Source: an uncultured Planctomycetota bacterium (GTDB lineage Bacteria; Planctomycetota; Planctomycetia; Isosphaerales; Isosphaeraceae). Taken from it: 64,000 nucleotides of DNA. Location: assembly GCA_963737655.1 (NCBI GenBank), contig CAVTTN010000002.1, positions 4,096,001 through 4,160,000 of the forward strand. Reading direction: 5' to 3'. Every line of letters starts with the position of its first letter. Position 1 is the first letter of the stretch. A program made the position numbers and the translations under genes. The notes beneath the pieces were generated by a model that ran no database searches, was not told the origin of the DNA, and worked only from the letters and a program-made list of their open reading frames with translations. Below are positions 18,829 to 28,112 of this stretch, piece after piece.

Positions 18829-19827
18829 TTATTTGCCCGCCGGGGCCCGGGATTCGCCGGGCGAGGTGGGGGGAGTCGCCCGGGGACGCCTCGGCGGGTC
18901 GAGGTAGCGGTAGCCGGTGTTCGGGTTGTCCTTGTCGAAGGCAAAGGCATCCCGGTTCCTCAGGAAGTCCTTGACGTAGGGGATCGGGATCGCGAACCCG
19001 AGGTTGTCCGTCCCTCGGAAGCCCATGTTCGTCACCCCGACGACCTCTCCCTTCATGTTGAACAGGGGGCCGCCCGAGTTTCCCGGGTTGATCGCGGCGT
19101 CCGTCTGGATGTACACCAGCCCCTCGAAATTGCGATTCAGGGTGCTGATGATGCCCTGGGAGACGCTCCGCTCCAGGCCCAGGGGGTTGCCGATGGCGAA
19201 CGCCCCATCCCCCACGTTCAGGTCGTCCAGGCTACCCAGGCTCACCGGCTTGAGTTTCAAGTCTTTCGGGGCCCGGATCTTCAGCAGGGCGAGATCGACG
19301 AATGGGTTCAGCGCGACGATTTCCACGTTGTCGATCCGCCGCCGATTCAGCCCGGTCTCCGTGTTCTCATACAGGACCACGGCGATCTTCGTCTCGCCCT
19401 CGATCACGTGATTATTCGTGACCGCGAAGCCATCTTCATTGACGAGGAAGCCCGATCCCAGGCCGCCGGGCGTCTCGACCGAGATCACCCCCTCGCCGAA
19501 CTCGCGGACGAGTTCCTTGACCGGCCGGGTCCGGCCTCCTCCGGTGCGGAAGAACCCCTTGGGGTCGGCGTCGATCGCGGCGGTCGAGGCCCCCGGCGCG
19601 GCCGTCCCGGGCTTGCGGCGGCCGACGACCTGGTCCTTGGGAATCCGGACCACGTCGAAGCCCAGGTCGATGAACAGGGCCGTCGGCTTCTCGGCGACGA
19701 CCTCTCCGGTCACCGAATGACCGTCCTTGAGGTCGAGGATCTCCGGTTCGGCCGCCGTCGCGGCGACCGCCATGACGAACACCGCCGCCGGGACGATCAT
19801 CCGGGCCGGTCGAATGCGAGGATTCAA
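18829..19827 (-). CDS. Trypsin-like serine protease (S1C/HtrA-like, no PDZ domain)
   Basis: GSGFLV, TNNHVI, DLALLKI and QTDAAINPGNSGGPL. Start may be ATG at 19800. Confidence 0.9.
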   Translation of the reverse strand: MNPRIRPARMIVPAAVFVMAVAATAAEPEILDLKDGHSVTGEVVAEKPTALFIDLGFDVVRIPKDQVVGRRKPGTAAPGASTAAIDADPKGFFRTGGGRTRPVKELVREFGEGVISVETPGGLGSGFLVNEDGFAVTNNHVIEGETKIAVVLYENTETGLNRRRIDNVEIVALNPFVDLALLKIRAPKDLKLKPVSLGSLDDLNVGDGAFAIGNPLGLERSVSQGIISTLNRNFEGLVYIQTDAAINPGNSGGPLFNMKGEVVGVTNMGFRGTDNLGFAIPIPYVKDFLRNRDAFAFDKDNPNTGYRYLDPPRRPRATPPTSPGESRAPAGK

Positions 19828-19998
19828 GGCGCCTACCTCATCGCAAGGGAACGCGGGCTGATTCGGCCCATTGTAACTACCGGGACAACCGTTGCAACGG
19901 TCGCCACCGGTCGGATTCGCGCCGACGCCCCGACTTCATGACGAGACATCGATAATCCCGGTTTTTTGGGCATTCTGGGTGATTCCTCGAAAATCCAT

Positions 19999-20026
19999 TT
20001 GCCTCTGGCGCGACATTCTCTATGTT
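19999..20026 (+). promoter_or_regulatory. Putative sigma70 promoter of the Cys-rich protein
   Basis: TTGCCT-N16-TATGTT in an AT-richer divergent spacer. Confidence 0.45.
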
Positions 20027-20092
20027 TAGTAGCGGCCGGGCGCCAAACTCTGCCTGGACTACTCAGATTCACCAGCTTGTCGGAGCCTTCCC

Positions 20093-20449
20093 ATGCGTCG
20101 CATTCTCTTCTCGTTCGCGGTCGTCGGCCTGCTCTCGGGTTTCGCCATGAGCGACAGCGCCTCGGCCTGCTGCTGGCACAAGAAGACGGCGTGCGCCCCC
20201 GCCCCCGCCCCCGTCGCCTGCGAGCCGTGCGCCGCCCCGGCCCCCGTGGCCTGCGCCCCGGCCCCGAAGAAGCATTGCTTCGGCGGCTTCAAGATGCCGA
20301 AGATGTCCTTCGGCTGCCACAAGAAGGCCGTGGCCTGCGAGACGGTCGCCTACTCCCCCTGCGAGACGGCCGCCCCGGTGACCTACGCCGCCCCGCAGAC
20401 CTGGTCGGCCCCCCAGGCCCTCCCGACGATGTCCGCCCCCCAGAAGTAA
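20093..20449 (+). CDS. Small secreted Cys/Pro/Ala-rich protein
   Basis: Signal peptide ending ASA; 10 Cys in the 93-aa mature part; near-complete GC3; GGAG RBS; followed by a terminator. Confidence 0.8.
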   Translation: MRRILFSFAVVGLLSGFAMSDSASACCWHKKTACAPAPAPVACEPCAAPAPVACAPAPKKHCFGGFKMPKMSFGCHKKAVACETVAYSPCETAAPVTYAAPQTWSAPQALPTMSAPQK

Positions 20450-20482
20450 TTCCCGGCGGGCTTGACCACGGACTCCCGGTCT

Positions 20483-20536
20483 CGCCGAGAGGCCGAGCCG
20501 CCGATCGAATCGGGCGGCTCGGCCTCTCGGCGTTTT
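20483..20536 (+). terminator. Long intrinsic terminator hairpin between convergent genes
   Basis: CGCCGAGAGGCCGAGCCGCC...GGCGGCTCGGCCTCTCGGCG followed by TTTT. Confidence 0.8.
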
Positions 20537-21549
20537 CACTTCTCCGACGGCAGTTCCGACCATCCCTTCGAGGCCGAAACCTTCGGAGGATCGCCGGCGA
20601 TCACGAACAGCCCGGTGGCCCCCGGGGTCGATTCGATCAGCGAGAGGCCCCGCTCGGGGCCGATCACATAGGCCGTCGTGTCGAGGCTGTCAGCCGTCAT
20701 CCCGTCCCGGGCCACGACGGTCACGCTCGCCCGGGACTCCAGGCCCACACCCGTCCTCGGATCGACGATGTGGGCGTACCGCCGGCCGTCGATCTCGACG
20801 AATTGCTCGGCGTCGCCCGCGGTCGAGACGGCCGAGTCCTTCAGCAAGAGGAACCGCTCGGGCTTCCTGGGGTCGCCGTCGGGCGAGGCGACGCCGATCC
20901 GCCAGCCTTCGGCCCCTGGAGGCGGTCCCGAGACGACGATATCCCCCGAGCCCGCTACCAGGGCCGACGTCACGCCCGCTTTCTTCAGGGCGGCCATCGC
21001 CTCGTCCCCGGCGAAGCCCTTGGCGATCCCGCCGAGGTCCAGCTTCATCCCTTTCTTCCGAAGCTCGACGGTCTTCGCCCCCGGATCGAGCCGGACGAGC
21101 CGATAGTCGACGAGTTCCCGGGCCTTCGCCAGAGTGGCCGACTCGGGGAGGGTCCTCGTGCGTCGCGACCGTCTCCAGAGCCGGACGACCGGGCCGACCG
21201 TCGGGTCGAACGCCCCGTCGCTCCGTTGGGCCATCGCAACGGCGGCGGAGAGGCAGCGGAACAGGTCGTCAGAGACCGGCACGGGAGGCCCTCCGGCCCG
21301 GTCGCACAGCTTCATGAGCTCGCTCTCCGGATCGTAATCCGAGAGCGCCCGGTCCAGCGCGGCGATCCGGGCGAAAGCGAGGTCGGAGGCGCGTCTGGCC
21401 TCGTCGGGCCCGGTGGTGTATAACACGATCTTGAACTCGCTGCCCATGTGGGTCTGGCGGAACTCGAACCGGGTCAGGTCCGACCCGTCCGCGATCCGCC
21501 CCGCCACCGAGGCCAGCACCAGGCAAACGACCCACCTCGCGACCGCCAT
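20536..21549 (-). CDS. apbE: FAD:protein FMN transferase
   Basis: MGS.F.I, S.YDPESEL, GAFDPTVGP, LDLGGIAKG, GD, STAGD, HIVDPRTG and ADSL.T motifs; signal peptide. Confidence 0.93.
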   Translation of the reverse strand: MAVARWVVCLVLASVAGRIADGSDLTRFEFRQTHMGSEFKIVLYTTGPDEARRASDLAFARIAALDRALSDYDPESELMKLCDRAGGPPVPVSDDLFRCLSAAVAMAQRSDGAFDPTVGPVVRLWRRSRRTRTLPESATLAKARELVDYRLVRLDPGAKTVELRKKGMKLDLGGIAKGFAGDEAMAALKKAGVTSALVAGSGDIVVSGPPPGAEGWRIGVASPDGDPRKPERFLLLKDSAVSTAGDAEQFVEIDGRRYAHIVDPRTGVGLESRASVTVVARDGMTADSLDTTAYVIGPERGLSLIESTPGATGLFVIAGDPPKVSASKGWSELPSEK

Positions 21550-21611
21550 CGACGCCCCCTCCTCGGTCGTGTCGATCGGCCCTCGCGATAGCCGATTCGG
21601 AGACCGTTCCC

Positions 21612-22670
21612 GTGAGCTTCGCCCCGCGCCCCGCGAGTTGCCAGGCGATCGCGCTGGTCGCCCTGTCCCTCATTCCAACCCTGGCGGCCGCCCAGGACAA
21701 GCCCAAGCCCGACGCCGCCGGGGCCCCGGCCGGATTCGCCGAGTACGTCGAGACGATTCCGGGGACCACCCTGAAGATCGACATGGTGCCGATCCCCGGC
21801 GGTAAGTTCACGATCGGCAGCCCGAAGGGCGAGGCCAATCGCGGAGAGGACGAAGGCCCCCAGCGAGAGGTCGAGATCAAGCCCTTCTGGATGTCGAAAT
21901 ACGAGATCACCTGGGACCTTTACGACCAGTTCGCCTTCAACCTCGACGTGACCAAGAAGGTCCGAGAAGGCGTGAAGCTCGACGCCCAGCCCGCCTCCGA
22001 AAAGGCCGCCGACGCCGTCTCGAGACCGACTCCGCCCTATGCCGACATGACCTTCGGCCTGGGCCACAAGGGGAACCCGGCGATCTGCATGACCCACCAC
22101 TCGGCGATGGAGTTCACCCGCTGGCTCTCGGAGAAGACGGGCAAGGCGTATCGCCTGCCGACCGAGGCCGAGTGGGAATACGCCTGCCGGGCCGGGACGA
22201 AGACCGCGTATTCGTTCGGCGACGACCCCGAGGCGATCAAGGATTACGGCTGGTTCGTGGACAACTGCGAGAAGCCCCAGCCGGTCGGCAAGAAGAAGCC
22301 GAACCCCTTCGGCCTTTTCGACATGCACGGCAACGTGGCGGAGTGGTGCCTGGACCACTACGAGGCCGACAGGTACAGTCACCTCCCGGCCGACCAGGCC
22401 ACGATCGGTCCCGTCGTCCTGCCCGACGCGAAGGAGTATTCCTACGTGGCCCGAGGCGGGTCCTGGGACGACGATCCCGAGAAGCTCCGCTCGGCGGCCC
22501 GCCGCGCCAGCGACCGAGAATGGAGCGTCCGCGACCCGCAGAGGCCCCAGAGCATCTGGTGGCACACCGACGCCCAGTTCGTCGGAATCCGAGTGGTCCG
22601 GGCCGTCGAGGAGCAGGAGAACCTCCGCGGGCTGAAGTCCGCGGTGGTGTCGAAGAAGGGGACGAAGTGA
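21612..22670 (+). CDS. FGE-sulfatase/SUMF1-fold secreted protein lacking the catalytic Cys pair
   Basis: IPGG.F.IGSP, RLPTEAEWEYACRAG, PNPFGLFDMHGNVAEWC and RGGSW; signal peptide. Confidence 0.9.
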   Translation: MSFAPRPASCQAIALVALSLIPTLAAAQDKPKPDAAGAPAGFAEYVETIPGTTLKIDMVPIPGGKFTIGSPKGEANRGEDEGPQREVEIKPFWMSKYEITWDLYDQFAFNLDVTKKVREGVKLDAQPASEKAADAVSRPTPPYADMTFGLGHKGNPAICMTHHSAMEFTRWLSEKTGKAYRLPTEAEWEYACRAGTKTAYSFGDDPEAIKDYGWFVDNCEKPQPVGKKKPNPFGLFDMHGNVAEWCLDHYEADRYSHLPADQATIGPVVLPDAKEYSYVARGGSWDDDPEKLRSAARRASDREWSVRDPQRPQSIWWHTDAQFVGIRVVRAVEEQENLRGLKSAVVSKKGTK

Positions 22671-22682
22671 GGGGTCAGGTCC

Positions 22683-22703
22683 GTAGGGCAGGCCCTGGCC
22701 TGC
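22683..22703 (+). repeat. Single GTAG-type REP-like palindrome
   Basis: GTAGG-GCAGGCC-CT-GGCCTGC, intergenic. Confidence 0.5.
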
Positions 22704-22756
22704 TGGCTTCGCTGACGACTCACGACCGAGAACCATCCACCCGGGAGACCAGCGCC

Positions 22757-24037
22757 ATGACCGATCCGAACGGGACGAATCGCCGCGAATTCCTCAAGGT
22801 CGCCGGGGCCGCCGCGGCGGCCGGTCTGGCCTCCGTGCCGATGGCCCATGCGGCCGGCTCGGAGACGATCAAAGTCGGGCTGATCGGCTGCGGCGGCCGG
22901 GGCCGAGGCGCCCTGGACAACCTCTGCGAGGCGGCCGGCGACACCTACTCGATCAAGGTCCACGCCATCGGCGACCTCTTCAAGGACCACCTGGACAACG
23001 CCGTCTCCAGCTTCAAGAAGGAGGAGCGGACGGCCTCGCGGATGGACGTCAGCGACGACCGCCTCTTCACCGGGTTCGACGCCTACCAGAAGGTGATCGA
23101 CTCGGGCGTGGACCTGGTGATCCTCGCCACCCCCCCCGGCTTCCGGCCGATGATGCTGGAAGCGGCGGTGAAGGCCGGCAAGAACATCTTCACCGAGAAG
23201 CCCGTGGCCGTGGACGGCACCGGCATCCGCAAGGTCCTGGCCGCCGCGGAGGAGGCCAAGAGCAAGAACCTGGCGATCGTCGCCGGCACCCAGCGCCGCC
23301 ACCAGGCCGGCTACATCGAGAGCATCGGCCGGATCCACGACGGCGCGATCGGCGACGTGGTGGGCGGCCAGGTCTACTGGAACCAGGGCGGCCTCTGGAA
23401 GATCGACCGCACGTCCAGCATGAGCGACACGGAGTGGCAGATCCGCAACTGGCTGTACTTCGTCTGGCTCTCGGGCGACCACATCGTCGAGCAGCACGTC
23501 CACAACCTGGACGTCGCCAACTGGGCCCTGGGCGCCCACCCGGAACGGTGCGTCGGCCTGGGCGGGCGGCAGGTCCGCACCGATCCGGTCTATGGACACA
23601 TCTTCGACCACTTCGCCGTGGACTATGAATACCCCAACGGCGTCCACCTGATGAGCATGGCCCGCCAGATCGACGGCACCGACGGCAACATCTCCGAGAC
23701 CATCGTCGGCTCCAAGGGCAACTTCTACTCCAACGGCTACCGCTTCTCCGGCGACGCCAAGAAGTACCGCTTCCGCGCCAAGGAAGTGAACCCGTACGTC
23801 CAGGAGCACATCGACCTCCTCGCGTCGATCAAGGCCGGCAAGCCCCTGAACGAGCTGAAGCAGGTCGCCGAGAGCACGCTGACGGCGATCATGGGCCGGA
23901 TGTCCACCTACACCGGCAAGGCCGTGACGTGGGACCAGGCGCTGAACTCGCAGCTCGACACCTTCCCCAAGACGCTGGAATTCGGCCCCATGCCCGTCCC
24001 GCCCGTGGCCATGCCGGGCGTGACCGAGCTGATCTGA
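22757..24037 (+). CDS. Tat-exported Gfo/Idh/MocA oxidoreductase
   Basis: NRREFLK twin-arginine signal; GLIGCGGRG, EKPVAVD, GTQRRH and SGDHIVEQHVHNLD. Confidence 0.92.
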   Translation: MTDPNGTNRREFLKVAGAAAAAGLASVPMAHAAGSETIKVGLIGCGGRGRGALDNLCEAAGDTYSIKVHAIGDLFKDHLDNAVSSFKKEERTASRMDVSDDRLFTGFDAYQKVIDSGVDLVILATPPGFRPMMLEAAVKAGKNIFTEKPVAVDGTGIRKVLAAAEEAKSKNLAIVAGTQRRHQAGYIESIGRIHDGAIGDVVGGQVYWNQGGLWKIDRTSSMSDTEWQIRNWLYFVWLSGDHIVEQHVHNLDVANWALGAHPERCVGLGGRQVRTDPVYGHIFDHFAVDYEYPNGVHLMSMARQIDGTDGNISETIVGSKGNFYSNGYRFSGDAKKYRFRAKEVNPYVQEHIDLLASIKAGKPLNELKQVAESTLTAIMGRMSTYTGKAVTWDQALNSQLDTFPKTLEFGPMPVPPVAMPGVTELI

Positions 24038-24134
24038 TCCGGGGATTTCGAGGGGGCATGCTCATCGGAAACGTGAGCATGTCCCCCGGGCCATTCCTGC
24101 CGCGTTCATCCTCTCCCGAGACGAGGTCGCATCC

Positions 24135-25010
24135 ATGAGCAAGAGACGGATCTGGCTGGCCTTCCTCCTCGGCCTGGCCCTGGCGACGTCCGCCCGCGCC
24201 GACGGCCCGGCGAAGATCGTCCTGGTGGCCGGGCGCCCCAGCCACGGGCCCGGGGACCATGAGTTCAACGCCGGGATCATGCTCCTGGCGAAGTGTCTGA
24301 AGGACGTCCACGGGGTCGAGCCGGTGGTCGTCAAGGGCGGCTGGCCGAAGGACGAGGAGGTCTTCGAGGACGCCAAGAGCGTCGTCTTCTTCATGGACGG
24401 CGGCGGCGGTCACCCGATGATCCAGGAGAGCCACCTGACCACGATCCAGCAGTTGATGGAGAAGGGCGTCGGCCTGGTCTGCCTCCACTACGCGGTCGAG
24501 GTGCCCAAGGGGGAACCGGGTCAGAAATTCCTCGACTACCTCGGCGGCTACTACGAGTCGGGCTATTCCACCAACCCGCACTGGAAGGCCGACATCAAGA
24601 GCCTGCCGACCCACCCGATCACCCGGGGGGTGAAGCCGTTCGCGATCCGCGACGAATGGTACTTCAACATCCGTTTCCGCCCCGATCAGAAGGGCTTCAC
24701 GCCCATCATCGTCGCCGCGCCCGACGACGAGACCCGCAAGGGCGTGTCGGCCTCGCCGCGGGGGCCGTATCAGCACATCCTCGAGGCCAAGGGCCGCGAG
24801 GAAATCCTCGCCTGGGCCTTCGAACGGCCCGACGGAGGCCGGAGCTTCGGATTCACGGGGGCGCACACCCACAAGAACTGGGGCGACCCGAATTTCCGAA
24901 CCCTCGTCCTCAACGCGATCCTCTGGACGGCCAAGCTCGACGTCCCCGAGGCCGGATGCAAGTGCGAGGTCTCCGAAGAAGACCTCAAGGCGAATCTGGA
25001 CCCCAAGTAG
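24135..25010 (+). CDS. ThuA-like (class I glutamine amidotransferase-like fold) secreted protein
   Basis: AGRPSHGPGDHE, G.GLVCLHYA, HPITRGV..F...DEWY and GRSFGFTG.H.H.NW. Confidence 0.85.
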   Translation: MSKRRIWLAFLLGLALATSARADGPAKIVLVAGRPSHGPGDHEFNAGIMLLAKCLKDVHGVEPVVVKGGWPKDEEVFEDAKSVVFFMDGGGGHPMIQESHLTTIQQLMEKGVGLVCLHYAVEVPKGEPGQKFLDYLGGYYESGYSTNPHWKADIKSLPTHPITRGVKPFAIRDEWYFNIRFRPDQKGFTPIIVAAPDDETRKGVSASPRGPYQHILEAKGREEILAWAFERPDGGRSFGFTGAHTHKNWGDPNFRTLVLNAILWTAKLDVPEAGCKCEVSEEDLKANLDPK

Positions 25011-25154
25011 GGTGCATGAAATGCACCAAACCAAGCGGGCGGGTTCAACCCGCCCTCCAAAAACCCAATCCCCTTCGCGGTTTCGACGTGGGGAGTGGGT
25101 TTGGAGGGCGGGTTGAACCCGCCCGCTCGTCTTAATGCATTGCATGTACCCTAC
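25007..25154. repeat. Nested REP doublet (REPIN/BIME-like) of 148 bp
   Basis: Outer inverted pair GTAGGGTGCATGAAATGCACC / GTAGGGTACATGCAATGCATT; inner inverted pair GCGGGCGGGTTCAACCCGCCCTCCAAA / TTTGGAGGGCGGGTTGAACCCGCCCGC. Confidence 0.8.
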
Positions 25155-28099
25155 TTTTGCAGATACCGAAACAGGTCGCGGATTTGGGTCTCCGTGAGCG
25201 CGTCCAGCAGGCCCTCGGGCATCACCGAGACGTCGCTCGGCTTGGTCGCCTCGATCTCGGACCGGGCGATCGTCGTCTTCTGCTTCTGAGAATCGAACAG
25301 GACGACGGCCCCGCCCGATTCTTCAATGACCAGCCCCGAGAGCACTCGGCCGTCCTTCAAGGCGAGCGTCTGGCCCTGGTATTCCTTGCGAATTTCCGAC
25401 GAGGGATCGACCAGGCTGTTCAGCAAGAAGTCGAGGTTGCCGCGCTCGGCCCCCGTGAGTTCGGGCCCGATCCGCTCCCCCTCGCCGAACAGGCGATGAC
25501 AGGCCGAGCACGTCTTGAGGAAGACCTCGCGGCCTCGTGAGGCGTCCCCCTTGTCCCCCTCGGGCAAGATCCCGCGAACCTCGGCGATTCGCTTCGCCTT
25601 GCCGGGACCATTCGTCCCCGGGATATGTCCCCAGGCGGCCGCGAGCCTCGACGTCAAATCCGCATCGCCCAGCGCGGCGATCCTGACCGCCTGACCATTG
25701 GTCAAGTCCCTCGCCGCGATCGAGCCCGAGCCGATGGCCTCGACCAGCCGGCTCGCCCAGGTCTTCCGGCCGCAAAGCAGGTCCCTCGCTCGGTCCTTCA
25801 TCGCAGTCGGCCACCTGGCGTATCCGGCGATCAGGGCCTCGGCGACTTCCACGTCGGGGAATGCGGCGAGGGCGTTCAACGCCGAGAGCCTTACGGCCAC
25901 CGGAGAGGTAGAGCTCACGAGCCGGAGGAGGGCCACTCGCCCGTCGGCCGACGGCCTCTGCCCGAGGACTTCGACCAGGCCCGAACGCATCGCCTCGGGC
26001 GTCTTTGGGTCCAGGACCGTTTCGATCGCAAACCGGGACGCCGGGCTGAGGCCGATCCGATTCGCCAGGCGGACGATGGGCAAGCCTCGGTCGCCCCGAT
26101 CCCAGAGGACGCGTACCGCGGTGGCGAGCGACGACGGCACCGACCGTTCCGATCGGCCCTCCAGCCCCTTGTCGATCGCCGAGAGCACGGCCTCCGCCGC
26201 CTCGGGATCGTTCACCGAGGTGAGGAGCCGCGAGGCCCGTTCGAGCGCCTCGGGCGAGCCGTCCTCGGCCAGGGCGCGGGCCATCCGTCCCAGGAGATGG
26301 GTCTTCGTCAGGCGAGCCTCGGGCCCCGGACCGGCGGCGATGGGCCCGAGGCGGTCCACCACGGCCGAGGCATCGGTCCTCATCATCGCCTCGGCCGCCC
26401 ACCAGAGAAGCATCGGCACGTGCGGATCATTGGCATCCTCGGACCTCCTCACGAGATGCTCCAGGATCGGCAATCCCTGGCCCGGCGGCCATCGGCCGAT
26501 CGTCGAGGCGAGCTGGCTCCTCACCCGGACGTCAGGCTCGGCATCGGCCAGGCGAATCAGGCGTTCGATCGTCTCCCCCGAGGGCTTGCCGCCGTCCCCG
26601 ATCAGCCGAACCACCCACCGGCGGACCGCCGGCAGGGCATGGTCCAGGAGGGCCCGGGCCTCGGCCTCGCCGATCCCCCCGCAGGCGTCGAGCGCCCAGA
26701 GGTCGCGCATGGCCAGCTCGGGGTCACGGTCCTCGTCCACCAGGGCCTTCAGCCGGGGGATCGCCGCGGCGTCCTTCCTCTCGAACAGGATTCGCCGGGC
26801 CGTGTCGGCCCACCAGTCGTTCGGCCTGGACCGGAGGTCGATGAGTGCGTCGGTCTTCTCCTTCGAAAGGTCGAACGGGGCAATCTCTCGATGACCGCCA
26901 TACGAAATCTTGTAGATTCGTCCGTTCGAGCGGTCCCAGGTGTCCCGCGGGTCGAGGTGGCTGGCCCTCTTGTCGTACCAATCGACGACGAACACGGAGC
27001 CGTCGGGGCCGGTCAGGAGGTCGATGGGACGGAACCACGGGTCGTGCGAGTCGAGCAAGGTCCCGCCGAGGGTCATCGAGTACGTCGAGCCTTTCGGCGC
27101 GAGCTTGTACCAGTACACCGAGTTCGACAGGAGGTTCGCCCCGAGGAATTGCCCTCGGAACTCGGGCGGAAATGTGTCTCCCTTGTAGATGATCCCTCCC
27201 GGGGTGACGTGCCCGCCGGGCTTCGGGCCGGCGTAGTCGATGCAGTTGAAGTAGCCGTAGGCCCGGGGGTTGTGCAACGGTCCGTGCTTCGCGAACCCCT
27301 TCCAGTAATACCCGCCCTGGACCATGTGGAAGGCCACGAACGAGCCGTTGGAGGAGCCGAAGGCATTGCCCAGGCGGTCGAAGTCGAGCCCCCAGGTGTT
27401 CCCGCCGCCCTCGGCGAAGAGTTCGAACCGCTTCGACTCGGGGTGATATCGCCAGATGCCCTGCTGGAAGCCGATGCCGCGGATGTCGGCGGTGACTGTC
27501 GAACCCTGGGCGCCGTAGAGCCAGCCGTCCGGCCCCCAGGCCAGGGAATTGACCGTCGCGTGGGCGTCTTCCATCCCGAACCCGGCGAGCAAGACTTCGG
27601 GATCGCCGTCGGGCCGGTCGTCGCGGTCGCGGTCGGGATAGAACAGGAGGTAGGGGGCCTGGCCGACGAACACCCCTCCGCGACCCACGGCGATGGCCGA
27701 GGCGAGATTGAGCCCTTCGAGGAACGTCGTGACCTTGTCCGCCTTGCCGTCGCCGTCGGTGTCTTCGAGGATCTTGATCCGATCGGCCCCCCTGGGGCCT
27801 TTCGGCGGCGGATCGGGCATGCGGTCATACTTGGTTCGGAGGTATTGATCGACCTTCACCGGGACCAACCCGGCGGGGTTGGGATATTGAAGGTACTCGA
27901 TGACCCACATCCGCCCGCGTTCGTCGAAGCACGAGGCGACGGGCTGGCGGATCTCGGGCTCGGAGGCGAAGACCTCGACGTCGAATCCGGGAGGCAACGT
28001 CATGGCCCGCTTCGCCGCCTCGGGCGAGAGGCCGCCGCCCCGGGCCACGGTCGTCCCGAGGGTGAGGAGACACGCAATCAGCCGAAAGGATGCCTTCAC
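25151..28099 (-). CDS. PVC-type heme-binding protein (membrane-bound dehydrogenase beta-propeller + HEAT repeats + cytochrome c)
   Basis: LPPGF.VEVFASEP, EDTDGDGKAD, WGPDGWLYG, FRPIDL..GPDG, CSACH heme motif, GPELTG and S.MPEGL. Confidence 0.92.
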   Translation of the reverse strand: MKASFRLIACLLTLGTTVARGGGLSPEAAKRAMTLPPGFDVEVFASEPEIRQPVASCFDERGRMWVIEYLQYPNPAGLVPVKVDQYLRTKYDRMPDPPPKGPRGADRIKILEDTDGDGKADKVTTFLEGLNLASAIAVGRGGVFVGQAPYLLFYPDRDRDDRPDGDPEVLLAGFGMEDAHATVNSLAWGPDGWLYGAQGSTVTADIRGIGFQQGIWRYHPESKRFELFAEGGGNTWGLDFDRLGNAFGSSNGSFVAFHMVQGGYYWKGFAKHGPLHNPRAYGYFNCIDYAGPKPGGHVTPGGIIYKGDTFPPEFRGQFLGANLLSNSVYWYKLAPKGSTYSMTLGGTLLDSHDPWFRPIDLLTGPDGSVFVVDWYDKRASHLDPRDTWDRSNGRIYKISYGGHREIAPFDLSKEKTDALIDLRSRPNDWWADTARRILFERKDAAAIPRLKALVDEDRDPELAMRDLWALDACGGIGEAEARALLDHALPAVRRWVVRLIGDGGKPSGETIERLIRLADAEPDVRVRSQLASTIGRWPPGQGLPILEHLVRRSEDANDPHVPMLLWWAAEAMMRTDASAVVDRLGPIAAGPGPEARLTKTHLLGRMARALAEDGSPEALERASRLLTSVNDPEAAEAVLSAIDKGLEGRSERSVPSSLATAVRVLWDRGDRGLPIVRLANRIGLSPASRFAIETVLDPKTPEAMRSGLVEVLGQRPSADGRVALLRLVSSTSPVAVRLSALNALAAFPDVEVAEALIAGYARWPTAMKDRARDLLCGRKTWASRLVEAIGSGSIAARDLTNGQAVRIAALGDADLTSRLAAAWGHIPGTNGPGKAKRIAEVRGILPEGDKGDASRGREVFLKTCSACHRLFGEGERIGPELTGAERGNLDFLLNSLVDPSSEIRKEYQGQTLALKDGRVLSGLVIEESGGAVVLFDSQKQKTTIARSEIEATKPSDVSVMPEGLLDALTETQIRDLFRYLQK

Positions 28100-28112
28100 G
28101 GGCGGGGCCTCC

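Noticed and set aside
21612..22670. Active formylglycine-generating enzyme
   Set aside because: The Cys pair after RGGS is absent (RGGSWDDDPEKLRSAAR) and there is no adjacent sulfatase.
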